A stretch of 64,000 nucleotides of DNA from Podarcis filfolensis (taxonomy: Eukaryota). Below are positions 12,318 through 24,289 of the stretch, in pieces. A program made the position numbers and the translations under genes. The stretch lies in NCBI GenBank assembly GCA_964270895.1, contig OZ185440.1; one strand, 5' to 3'. The notes beneath the pieces are model-generated. The model saw nothing but the letters and a program-made list of their open reading frames with translations, did not search any database and was not told the origin of the DNA. How positions within the stretch are numbered: the stretch's first letter is position 1; each line of letters begins with the position of its first letter.

Positions 12318-13132
12318 TGAAGATCCTTCGTAAATTGCAGTATATGGTTTTGCAGCAGTCATACACGATGAGTGAAGACCAATGTAATATTTCAAAGTAC
12401 CTTTTCTACCCTCAAAACTCATATGTATCTTTGGAGCAAGTTTGGCGGGGGGCGGGGAATGAATCTGCAAGCTTTTGGTTGGTTTCAAGTTGAGCAGAAG
12501 AAAAAAGCTATCCCTCTGTGGGTGCCTAGTTGTCAGTGCCCAACAAGCACACCCATCCCCAGAGAAATTAGAAAGAAATTTGAAACAGGAAATATATTTT
12601 GAAACAGGAAATAAATATATATAATTTCTCTGGGGATTGGGTGTGGCAAGAATGGGCACTGACAAATACACACACACATATACATCATAGGCAGAAACAC
12701 ATGTGCCTCTTAACTAAAGTCTACTTGCTGTAAGAAGGAAGGAGCAAGTCTAAGGACTGACACACTCATTGATGCAGCATGTGATGTACTGACATGTACA
12801 CAAGGCCGGCTCAAGACACTTCACTTGGCAAAGAACAAAATGGCACAAACGCACACCCATGCCACACAAAGTCAACCGAACTGGCTGCTGAATCCTACTA
12901 TAGGGCAAACCCTGAGGGAGATCAGTAGGGTAGTTATAAAGGTGGAAGGCATGACACACAGCTCTCTTCCCCAACAGAATGGTATAGTCAGGGTGCTCAG
13001 GAGAGAGGGAGCTGAGGGGCACCACCACCTCTCAACATATGCCGCCTGAGGCAGTCGTTTCATTCTGCCTAATGGTAGGGCCAGCTGCAGAAGCAGGTTT
13101 ACCCTGCAGGGCAACTCAGAACAACTTGCAGC

Positions 13133-13193
<61 letters not shown>
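13133..13193. repeat. (TAA)n microsatellite
   Basis: About 20 perfect units; it produces the poly-Ile and poly-Leu ORFs in the track. Confidence 0.98.
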
Positions 13194-13194
<1 letters not shown>

Positions 13195-13214
13195 GAAACA
13201 AAAAAAAACCAGTA

Positions 13215-13456
13215 CAGTGGTACCTCGGGTTAAGTACTTAATTCGTTTTGGAGGTCCGTACTTAACCTGAAACTGTTCTTAACCTGAAGCACCACTTTAG
13301 CTAATGGGGCCTCCTGCTGCTGCCACACCGCCGGAGCACGATTTCTGTTCTCATCCTGAAGCAAAGTTCTGAACCCGAGGTACTATTTCTGGGTTAGCAG
13401 GGTCTGTAACCTGAAGTGTATGTAACCTGAAGCATATGAAACCCAAGGTACCACTG
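13215..13456. mobile_element. Tc1/mariner-Tigger-like MITE (242 bp)
   Basis: TA|CAGTGGTACCTCGGGTT...AACCCAAGGTACCACTG|TA. Confidence 0.9.
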
Positions 13457-15762
13457 TAGTAGTAAAAGTAAGACTTTTTATACTGCCCCCCACATCAGTC
13501 TCAATTCAAAGCAGTATACAAAAGATTAAAAATTAAATATATGCTTTGCAGCAATGGGAATCTCCCAGCAGAACTAGTCAGTCATTTTTTTAAAGCTGGG
13601 TTTTTTTCATATGCTGTCTTTCAATGCAAACCGATCTGCGAATGGAGAGAAGAAAAACGAAGGTGACGGGAGAGAAAAGACTAGCGTTGGAACAGCAAGC
13701 CACACCCTGACAGTGAGGAAAAAAGCTGTTTCCTGAAATAACTTCTGCCTCTGTGTCAGTAGAGAGGCATGGGAGCCAGAAAGGCACTTGGAGCTAGTGA
13801 GTGTGGCCACTCCATTCTTATACATCTGCAGAAGAGGACAGCAGCAAGCCCAGATGAAGGAACTCAGAGCCAAATTCACGTAAACAATTATTTAATGTTG
13901 AAATCCGTCGTGCCGAAAACAACGGCACCTTCCTTGGAGACGGGGACCCCTATAAGCAGCGCAGGATGGCAATTCCACTTGTCCTCTGAAGGAATGGAAG
14001 TGGTTTGGGTGGAACAAGGATCACATCGTGCAAGTTGCCTTTGCTGTGGGGGCACTTAGGGTGTGCTTGGGTCTGACTACTGTACACCATGCATATTCTG
14101 TGCACATGCTTCAGTAGGTCAGATAAGGTATGCACATATATACAAGGCAGGAGCCAGCATGGCCAGTGGTCAGAGGTGGTGGGGGTCGTAGTCCAACAAT
14201 ATCCGGAGAGCTAGGGAGGGTGGGGTTGCAGTCTGTCATCTCCTTCATCAAAAGACAATTCATCTCGGGGGCTGTTTTTAAGGATTTGCACCTCCCGTTG
14301 AGCATTCTGTTTCTTCTTGAGTACATGACGTTGTAGAATACACCAACTCTCACACAAAAAATGTTGTTGCTTTTTAAAAGCCAGTCTGGAAGGCCCACAA
14401 AACTCTTAACCTCTGTGCAGCAATGACTCTAAAATTGGCACATACCCATAAGGTAACTGAGGGCAAGAGGGAAAAGCCCACAAGACCACAACTCATTTGC
14501 ACACAATTCATTGAAAATGTACAGACTAGACTGGGGCAGAGCTAGAAAAACAGCCAAGAGGCAAAAAATAAGCAACACTTTAAAAACAGTTAGGCCTCTA
14601 TTACACTAGCCACATGGCAACCACTTATATGCCCCAGCCTATCATTATTGCTGTGAATCACAAGGATCTCGGAGAATGGAGGCAAGTTACATCACCCTCT
14701 GGAAAAGGACTGCCAGATCCCAAATCTCCAGATATGGGGACTTTATGTGCGCTCTCTGCACATATTTGCATGCCATCAATGTGGCATTTGTTTAAATGGC
14801 TCACTGACTAGTTCTTCCAGATTTTCTAAAGGCATGGGAGAATAAATGTCAGGAGAAACCTTACACTCACCTCTTCTCTATGTACTGTACTGCTTTATTG
14901 ACGACACCACGTAACCTACAAATTTGGTTCTCAGAAGGGCTGCAAATAAAAATACTTGGGGGTGGGGAATAAAACATTAAATTTGAAGTAGACTCCCAAT
15001 GACTCATTTTGGAGTAGTTGTGTTTGCTTTTTAAATCCCTTTATCTTGTGTTCTTCCTGAAACACAATGCAGGGCAGAGGAGGCTACACAAGAAAGGGTT
15101 GAGGGTGCAAAGGCTGATGCCCTCCTGTAACTTTCCAACAGCTTCCCTTCACCCCCAAAGGCTCAGTCTTCCATTCTCTACCGAGACAGACAGAAGGGTG
15201 CCAACAACAACAGTAAGAGCCGGAAAGTCACTTTTTCAAATCTCACTTGAACCATGAACTGATTTACAAGATTGTTGTGAAGATTGCTAAAAATGTATGT
15301 GAAGGGTTTTAATCCCTTCAAAGTGTTATACTACCCAAATGCTAAGGACAGCCCTTTTGGTGTTTTCCTTTCTGAGGCACCATTAGGGAGCAAGGACTGC
15401 ACCCAGATGAGAAACCCCAGAACAGCATGCAGGGGAAGCAGAGAGAAGATTGTTTCACCAGGCAAACAAAAATGCTTGTGAAGATTGAGCAATCCCCTTT
15501 GTGCTAATTTGAATTCCTCCCTATGGGTGGCAGTCATCTAAGTTCCATCCGGAGTAGGCCCACTGTAATTACCGGTAATGGTCCTAACTTCGTTGTGTTT
15601 ATTAATTTCAATGAGTCTACTCTGATTAAAACTTAGTTGAATACCACCCTACATTTCCAGAAAAGCCAACTACCTTGAGAATTAATTGAGAGCTTTTTTG
15701 GCAGTACATATCCATTCAGTGAAAGAAGGTTAAGCACCTAAAAGCAGAGTTACATACATACT

Positions 15763-15920
15763 ATACCTCGAAAGCACATTTCCCCCCTCAAAGAATTCTG
15801 GACACTGCAGTTTGCTCAGGGATGCTGGGAATTGTAACTCTGTGAGGAGTAAGCTACAGGGCCCAGAATTCTTTGAGGGAAAGAAAGTGCTTCAAATGTG
15901 CTTTAAAGATACAGTATGTA
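15763..15920. repeat. Palindromic MITE-like family (about 160 bp); other copies at about 24465-24570, 29935-30090 and 63355-63476
   Basis: Shared AAAGCACAT..AAAGAATTCTGG / CCAGAATTCTTT..GTGCTT fold-back and CTCTGTGAGG core. Confidence 0.65.
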
Positions 15921-16020
15921 AACACCTCTCCTGCAGTTATCAGGCCACGTCCTAGAATTATGGAAAAATGGAAGAACCCATCATGACTTTACTAGCTCCT
16001 ATGTGAAGTTTCTTCACATA

Positions 16021-16276
16021 GGGAGCCGGTGTGGTGTAGTGGTTAAGAGTGGTAGTCTCGTAATCTGGTGAACCGGGTTCGTGTCTCTGCTCCTCCACAT
16101 GCAGCTGCTGGGTGACCTTGGGCCAGTCATACTTCTCTGAAGTCTCTCAGCCCCACTCACCTCACAGAGTGTTTGTTGTGGGAGAGGAAGGGAAAGGAGA
16201 ATGTTAGCCGCTTTGAGACTCCTTAGTGTAGTGATAAAGTGGGATATCAAATCCAAACTCCTCTTCTTCTTCTTCT
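16021..16276 (+). mobile_element. tRNA-derived squamate SINE (Squam3-like), full length
   Basis: A box TGGTGTAGTGG and B box GGTTCGTGTC; CORE-like middle; L2-like tail with (CTT)n; near-identical to the minus-strand copy at 35089-35337. Confidence 0.85.
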
Positions 16277-18004
16277 GACACAGAAGGATGCAAATCGCAC
16301 TGCAGTCATCAGCATGCCTAGTGCCCTTTAAACCCTAGACTGGCACCGGGCCAAGCAGAACTGGGGAGACCTCCAGGGAACCACAGAAATGCAACTGTGG
16401 GCACTTATTGTCAAGGGAAAGGCTAGAGCTGAGCTTTTCCTGGGAGGCAAATTAACTGCTGCTGGATCACTGCCAGGCTGAAAAATGCCTCGTCTTGGAT
16501 GTTTAGGGAGAAACAAAAAAAGGAACACCCCTATGACTTTCTTTTTGTGCGCGCAAATTATGGTGTTCCATTACACCGTGTCTTTATTCATAGCCTTTTG
16601 ATGGCGGAGCCATTTGTACGGAGTTGTTCCCAGCCTGGCTCTGCAGGGACTGCCGCCATATTGAACTGGTCTCAGGGGAAACTTTTCCCTTTCTGGGTCA
16701 TTGCAAATGCTTCCAATCTCAGGACTCTGCCCTCATTGTCTCTCACCTTCAGCATGTTAACAAGTATCCGCTTATTCTTCTTCCAAGAGAATTTGACTCC
16801 CTTTGACTCCCACTCTGTAAGGGAGTTCACTCCGGAAAATTCTTTACATTGTAACGTAAATACATCCCTATGGGTCTCCTTCGGTTTGATTATTATTATT
16901 TAATCATTTTTTAAAATCATTGGTTAACAAAAGGGCTAATTAAAGATGATTGGATCTTATCGGATCAGCTCTAGCTGGCGAAAAAGATTCAGAGGAAGGG
17001 GGAAAGTAAATGCGGGCTGAGGTTTCTCACCTGATTGCTCAAAGAACAAAGAAGGTCTCTGCCGGCTAGACTTTGTTAATTGGATTACGGTTCAGATTCG
17101 GCGTTGCCCAGAGGGAGAGGGCGGACGGCTCCGATTTCAAGCTATTCATTAATAATGCGGGGGCATTCTACTTCCTTTGCAACTCATGTTTAATAGACCA
17201 GAGTTGGCCCCGTCAAAGATCTCCTCTTTTATCTTTCTCACAATACGATCCCAAACTAGTTTTGCTTCGAAGTAAGCTCTGTTCTGTTCAACGGGGATAG
17301 CACCCCCCTCAGTAAATGCCTTTAGAACTGCAGCCTTACCGTGTAGGAATAATAGGACTGTCGATCAGCATGCGAAAAAGGCACAATGCTCCCCTTCCCC
17401 ACCCCCCAAAATCTGCTAGAGATCATTTGGGATGCTTCACTATTTGGGGGTGAAATTCAATCACGTGCTGAACAATGCAGGTTTGCGGTGTTAGTTGATT
17501 GAGAGGGCTTGCCTAACAAACACTCATCTACACAATTTAACACTTGCTTAAGGCAACATTACCTAGTCTCCCTGCAAACAAATCAGAGTGAAAGCTCAAT
17601 AAACAGGTCATCTGGAAACACCCATAATGCAATCAATTGGTGCAACTGAGGTGGCATATTTTGAGACAGGGGAGTGGGTAGGAGATGGAGGGCCACTCTA
17701 AGCAGATGAGTGAAACTGAAGAACTGAGCAGAGCAAGATGAAAAGGACTGGTAGTTCTTAAAACCTAAACTCTGTGGCAGAGTGAATCTCTGCTTTTCCA
17801 TTATAAACAGTGTTCACATTGATACATACATGTAGGCAGAGCTGGACCAAGACATTTTGGCACCTGAGGCGAACCACAAAATGGTGCCCACCCACCCCCA
17901 GCCAGGGAAGAAGGGGTGAGTGAAGATTTGGAAGGGGGTGTGTCAAATCATCCTTACATGACAGCTGAAATGGGAATCAAAGGGAGGGGCCGCTCTGAAT
18001 CATA

Positions 18005-18150
18005 CAGGGTGGGTGCAAAGCCTAGTCACCACCTCTTAGCCTAACCTACCTCACAGGGTTGTTGTGAGGATGAAATGGGGAGGAATAAGAACCATGTACA
18101 CCACCTTGAGATCCTTGGAAGAGAAAGGTGGTATATAAATTTAATTAATA
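18005..18150 (+). mobile_element. Older tRNA/CORE-type SINE 3' part (related copy at about 59030-59150)
   Basis: CTACCTCACAGGGTTGTTGTGAGGA core with an L2-like tail GGTATATAAAT. Confidence 0.6.
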
Positions 18151-21100
18151 CCAATGGTGTGAGGGTTTTGTACATGTTCAAAAAGTGACCTACACCTTGG
18201 GCAGAACACCTTGCAGTAAAACCAAAGATCCGTGTGTGTCATGGAGTAACTTGGGTCAATTAAATTCAAAGGGAAAAAAAACACCACGTCCCCAAAACAA
18301 CAGAGTTTTGTGGCACTGTTGTTATTATGCTAAAAGCTTTCATTGACTACAGTCCGCTTCATGCAATGGAAATTGTTACTAAAGCATTTCTCACCCTTAT
18401 TTATCATGATGTAGATACAGGTTTTCAGCTCGGAATACCAACTGCTGAACTTGGATCATAGGAGGGAGGTCAGAATGGCTCTCTAATATGGAAACAGGTC
18501 CACTGCTTGTTTTGCCTCCTGCTTGCTGTCTGCTCAGACATGGTAAGCCCCACATAATCAAGGGGAACCTGCGTTCCCAAACACACCAAGGGGCTGGATG
18601 GGCAGCACTGGGAAAGGCTGCTTTCTTTTTAGATTTCTAAGGGCCTACTATAAACTTTCACAAAACGCCAAGCAACCATTTCATGAAGGACAAACATGGA
18701 TTGACCAGAGCTGAGCTGAGCTGAGCTGACCTCCCATATGTCTCTGGCCATAAAAAGTGCTCCAGCAGAACTCTCCTCAGTGAGGATGGAAGGAGCTATA
18801 GTCATCACCATGACCCAAGAGCACTAGAATACATGGTCCTCAGAAGCTGTGGAGGAAATATTAAAAGGTCAATCACGGGACTCTGAAAAGCCATTTCTGT
18901 TCAGGAAAAAGAATCCTGCAACTCAAACACGGAAGTGGCAGACGTTTGCTTTTGAACAGAGATGGGATTGTTGCATAAGTCCCAGACCTTTATCAGGCAC
19001 TCAAGTAAAGCTGCTCCCCTGGCTAACATGTTATTGATTCTGGAAAGATGCCTAGCACCTCTGCATAGAGTTGTGGAAGAAAGAAAAGCTGCTTGTGGGA
19101 TTTACCTTCGCCTCATGGGAGATCAGGCCTTTAGCTTTTCAGCACTGCACACCCCCCAACTGCATTCTTAACCTCCCCCTCCTGCCTGCCTTTTTTATTT
19201 TAACGGAGCAATCACATGCCTTGCATCATGCACACGTCGTTCCCTGCCAGCAGTGTTGCAATGGGTGAAATATGTCTGCCATACCCAAACAGATCTAATC
19301 TTTGCTCTGTTCATAGAGGAACAGACAGGTGAAAAGGCTGGGTTTTAATGCGAGAATTGTTTAAGCTTTAAAGGTTTTCTAGTCTCTGTGTCTGCACTGA
19401 GGGTTAATTAGACCCAAAACCACCCCTGGCAGAGGCTTATCCAATCTATTTTTAAAAATGCAAATGATGGTGCCTTGATTCTGTCTGACGAACTCAGCTC
19501 TTGAGCCTTGGTATACCTGGTAGAACTTGAGCTGCTAGATTCAAATCTCATCATTTACAAGATCAGAGGTCTTGCCTGAGCAAATCTAATCACCAATATA
19601 AGAGACATGCAGATATGCCTCGAGAAGGCCGTGCAGGTTTGCTGAACTTGAAATGGAAGAGCAGCACAATATCCCATAACAAGAGGCACTACCCTGCGTC
19701 TTTTGTTTTGCATGCAAACTACAAGTCAGTGTCAGGAGAGGGAGAAAAAAATCATAAATAGTCAATCAGTAATAGTTGATAAGATCTCTGGTGTCAGGAT
19801 TATGACAGGATTATGGGCTGTGGTGTGAATGCCCCAGGTGGGGAAAATGTGTGCTATCACAACCCCACACAAGACAGTAGGCTGTAGCTCCCAGGGTCCT
19901 ATGGCTGAAAAAAATTGAGATGATTGCACATAAGGCTGCCAAGCTGATACAGATGCTGTCAGAGCTGCAAAGCTGGTTGAGACCTCTAGCTATGCTTTCT
20001 TCCAGCTGTTAATCTGTGGTTTCTCTGGTGCCTTGTGTAAATAAGCTGTATGGAATGTTTTTGAGTTTTGCAGTAAGAGACAGAGACTTTTTGTAACATT
20101 CAAAATCAATTTAAAAACACACATCTGATCAGATCTGACCATTACAACACAACCTAATGTCCCACTATGCTTGGTGAGATTGATAGCATAGTGGGACATT
20201 AGGTTGTGTTGTGTTGTAATGGTGTACTTCCAGTTTGACTAAAGCAGTCATATGTTTTGATTTATGGATAAGATATTTTCAGCACTGAAGGAGATAACAT
20301 TCTTGCCAGATCTACTTTGATGATAATTTGATCACATTTGCTGAGTTCACTCAAAGCAGCATTTTTCAAATTGCACATTAAAGGCTGTGTACGCACATCT
20401 TATTACAGAATCAATGGAGACTACGTCCCTGCTTTCTCTATGCAGTCCACACCCAATCTCGATCTACTGCATATTTCTTTGCCCCTGAAAAGCAGCTCTT
20501 GAGAAACTGGTTTCATCCTGAAAATTAAAAAACAAAACCTCATTGCAGATTGATTCTTTATTAGCCTGTCCAAAGATAAAGCAATGGCATCTGCCTAATA
20601 TTAAAAGAGTGGATGCTGCCACACAGGATCAACTTTCCCCCAAGTGCAGGATGAACTTTACATGCTTGCAACAATGCCATTTTCACAGATCTGAGTGGAC
20701 ACATACAAGGTAAGGTTGCCTTTCACATAAACTAGTCCCAAGCTTTTGAGGGCTTTATATGCGAATATTATCACCATGAACTTGACAAAGTAACAAATCA
20801 GCTGCCAGTGCAGATCTGCTGACAGGTTCCCCCAACCCTCTGGAGCAGATTTGGTGATAATATAGGGCACATGAGGGGAAAGGACAGAGGGGAAATCCCC
20901 TTGCACTAAATTCCAATCCTTGTGCTAGCAAGGGTGAATACCACCCTTAATATTTGTATAAATCACTTTTATTTTAAAAGAGATGAAAGACGTGATGAGG
21001 AAAAGATGAAACAATAGCTGCTTGTTTCAATGAGACAAGTGGTGCTTTGCACACACTCATGTCCTTTTTACCTAGTGGGGCTGACACCTGGGTTGTTGAT

Positions 21101-22449
21101 ACCCAAGTAGAAATGGTGTTAGAAGTGCCCTTAAAACTATAAGCACAATCTGGCAGTCCCTGTGGTCTGCTGATGTCTCTTCTCAGTTGGGTGCGCTGCT
21201 GCTCTCCAGTGAAAATATATTTTTATTGATACTGGAAAGTCTCCCAGCATGAAACTAGAATGTTCTTTGGCCTGAGGACCTTGTCTTCTTGACTCATCTT
21301 GGCCTGCTGTTTGATCCCATTATTTTTCTCAGAATTTTCCTATTGTTAGTTTTGAGGAATACTCAGAAGTAATCCAGCAGCAGAGCACCATCTCTTTGCA
21401 GACATAATGCTTACTCTTTAAACCAGCTTCTGATCTCTGCACTTGATTAAAAATTGTACAAGAATGTGGCATTTGTGCATTCCAGAAGGAATGATGCTGG
21501 AGAGAGAGAGAGAGAGAAACCTTTCTCCTAGATATTTGGGATGAGGAATAAATATTATGTCAGGGCCCTGTTGGAGAAGCCAAAGATCTAATCTAGTCCA
21601 GTAGTCTTGTTTCCCATAGTGGTTTTCCAAATCATAGAGTTGGAAGAGACCCTGAGGATCATTTAGTCCAACCCACTGCAATGCAGGAATATGTATGCTT
21701 GGCAGTGTTTAAACCACTAGACTTCATTTCCCATCCTGCAAGAGGAGAAAATGCCTATTCTCTTCAATGGCTGACTGCATGTCAGGAAGAAGCTGCTCAC
21801 GATCTCCAGTATAAGGAGAGGCAATATTGCAAACACCAATCTCTCCCCTTTGAGATGTACAGCTCCATGCCTATCAGCCGGCTTCCTTGAATTCTCCTGT
21901 GAGCCTCTATGGGACTATAGAGACTAGGTCAAAGTGACTTCTAGCTGCTTTGCACCAGCCTGGGCCTTGGGCCAATCCGATGGGACAGAGTTCATACTGC
22001 TGCACGGCTCTGCCCTTCCTTAAAGGCTTCTCGCATAGCAGCTGCACACAGCAGGAGACAAAAACAAGAGTTGCTGAAAGGGAAAACATGCTGCAGAGCT
22101 TGTGGTTTATTTGGTACCATGCATCTCGTTGGGACCCCTTTGAAGTGAACATCTGAAAGAGAGTCTGAGTGCAGCAGGAAGAGCAGCGACGCAGAGGACC
22201 ACCCCAGACGGTGACATTGATAAATGGAGAGACCCACCCACCCAGTCAGCTCTGCCAGCTGTTCCTGCACTCAAAAGAAACTTGACTGACAGTCTAACAT
22301 GCTGACACAGGGGTGGCCAACTGCAACATCCATGCCACAGATGGCAAGCTATGTGACATGTCCAGGCAGGAGTGGGAGGAACAGGTTACGGCTCACACTG
22401 GGGTGGGCAACCTGTGCTCTCCAGATGTTGCTGGAGATTGCAAAGGTAG

Positions 22450-23045
22450 AAGAAGAGCCTGCTGAATCAGGCCAATGGCCCATCTGCTCCAGCATCCTGT
22501 TCTCACAGTGGCCATCCCACAAGCAAGACCCGAGCAAAAGAGCCCTCTTTCCTCCTGTGGTTTCCAGCAACTGGTATTCAGAAGCCTTGCTGCCTCCAGC
22601 TATGGCTAGTAGCCTTCAGTAGCCCTCTTCTCCGTAAATTTGTCTAATCCTCTTTTAAAGTCATCTAGATTGGTCACCATTGTTGCCTCCTGTGGGAGAG
22701 AGAGTTCCGTATTTTAACTATGTTCTGTGTGAAGAATGTTTTTTTTTTCTGTTATCTGTCCTAAATTTTACAACATTCAGTTCTAGTGTTATGAGCGGTG
22801 GGGCAGGGCAAAAAACTTTGTTCTCTCCACTTTCTCCCTGCCATGCATAATTTTAAATACTTTTATACATCATCTTACTTGCTTTTTTTCCTAAACTGAA
22901 GTCTCAAACTCTGCAACCTTTCCTCATGGGGAATTGCTCTACCCCCTAGATAATTTCCAGTTCTACAGTATTCTTTTTGAGGTAACCAGAACTGTACACA
23001 GTATTCCAAATGCAGGCACACGACAGATTTACGGTATATAATGGT
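22450..23045 (-). mobile_element. CR1 LINE 3' fragment
   Basis: AGAAGAGCCTGCTG..CAGGCCAATGGCCCATCT...CCAGAACTGTACACAGTATTCCAAATG, typical reverse-strand CR1 RT C-terminus and UTR; related tails at 29062-29137 and 32372-32580. Confidence 0.75.
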
Positions 23046-23901
23046 ATCAGTAAGGCTTCATCTATGAGAAGACTTTTACTTCACGATTTCACTTCAAGAG
23101 CACAGATTCAAGGAGAGTCAAAACATTGGAAGACGTCAACTTTGTTTAGGACTGATAGGGAAGCTATCTGTCCACTAACTGGGCATGCATAAGATTTGTT
23201 TCCAAAAGATCTGTTGCAGCCTTCCAGAATCCAAGCATTAGTTCACTGTCTGAGAAAGGAATCTCTGAAATGGTGCCCTGGGCCACCTCCTGTTTAGAAA
23301 TCAGAGCCTACTAGTTGTCTGTAGAGTCACGTAGCTATCTCATTCAAAAGCCAGGGAGAGGTAGCAAACAAGGAACATTTTGCTGAAGCTACTCACAAAG
23401 GGGGGCTTTTTGGAGGAGCAAATATTTTAATGGTCAAACAAGGCAGACTGGATCCATATTTCTAATTCTGATCCATCTGTTCCATCATCTTGATTCTTGT
23501 ACAGATGGCTCACAGGCAGAGATACAATGTTTACTTCAGGTAAACATCATGGGCCTGTTTATTGGATGCAGAGCAAATATTCCCCAGCGTGTTTATTCAG
23601 AAAGAGCTACACCGTATGAGCAGGAAGTGACTGCAGAAGAGAAAGCAGCCCAGCTATGATCATTATCAACATGTTGACTCAAAGCAGCACACAAAATCCT
23701 TGGACAACGAGAGGTCAATGTCAAAGTATTCCTGGGACCTTTTAAGAGTACAGAAGAGACTGCAGACTCTTTCCCCCTTTCAGAAGCAACACTTCTGTTG
23801 GCGAACTATCAACATACCTTCTCAATGAAGAAACAAGAGGGAGGCTGCTTGGCAAGAGTGTTAGTTCAGCACTCAACCCCCCCAAACTTATTAGTTAGGA
23901 A

Positions 23902-24052
23902 AGGACCATAGCTTGGTAGTAGAGCAAGACATATTTTGCATGGAGAAGGTCCTAATTCAACCTCCTAGCCTCTCAATGTTAAAGATGAAGTAGCAGGTGA
24001 TGTAACTGAGCTCTCTGCAATCCTGGAGTACTGCTGCTAGTCAGGGTAGTCA
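23902..24052 (+). mobile_element. tRNA-derived SINE 5' part (second family; head also at 27183-27270 on the minus strand)
   Basis: GGACCATAGCT..GGTAGAGCA...GCATG.AGAAGGTCC..TTCAA: tRNA-like head with no acceptor stem. Confidence 0.65.
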
Positions 24053-24289
24053 ATAAAGTCCGGAATCTGTTCCGGAGGTCTGTTCGACTTCCCAAACATT
24101 CGGAAACCAAAGCGTGTCTTCTGATTGGCTGCAGGAAGCTCCTGCAGCCAATCAGAAGCCACAGAAGCCCCGTCAGACCTTCGGCTTCCAAAAGAATGTT
24201 CGAAAACCAGAACACTCACTTCCGGGTTTCAATCGTTCGGGAGCCGATTTGTTTGGGAGCCAAGGCGTTTGAGATCTAAGGTATGACTG
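24053..24289. mobile_element. Tigger-like MITE lacking its left end
   Basis: Ends AAGGTATGACTG|TA, as does 36350-36583; perfect internal 18-bp hairpin at 24119-24157. Confidence 0.75.

Noticed and set aside
12579-12613. Short direct repeats (also at 3891-3912 and 55047-55095) as CRISPR-like arrays
   Set aside because: Only 2-3 units with no unique spacers, in a vertebrate context; local slippage duplications.
12872-13233. ORFs with poly-Leu or poly-Ile runs resembling signal or transmembrane segments
   Set aside because: They are translations of the (TAA)n microsatellite; the same applies to 61358..61855.
16021-16100. tRNA-like A and B boxes (also at 23902, 27270, 34008, 34941 and 35337)
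   Set aside because: These are SINE heads: no acceptor stem or cloverleaf, and each is followed by a SINE body and tail.
18708-18727. (GAGCT)4, resembling an immunoglobulin switch pentamer
   Set aside because: Only 20 bp, with no Ig locus context; a simple repeat.
22143-22310. Coding-looking purine-rich stretch (SEHLKESLSAAGR...)
   Set aside because: Bounded by an in-frame stop, with no acceptor, start codon or recognisable homology.
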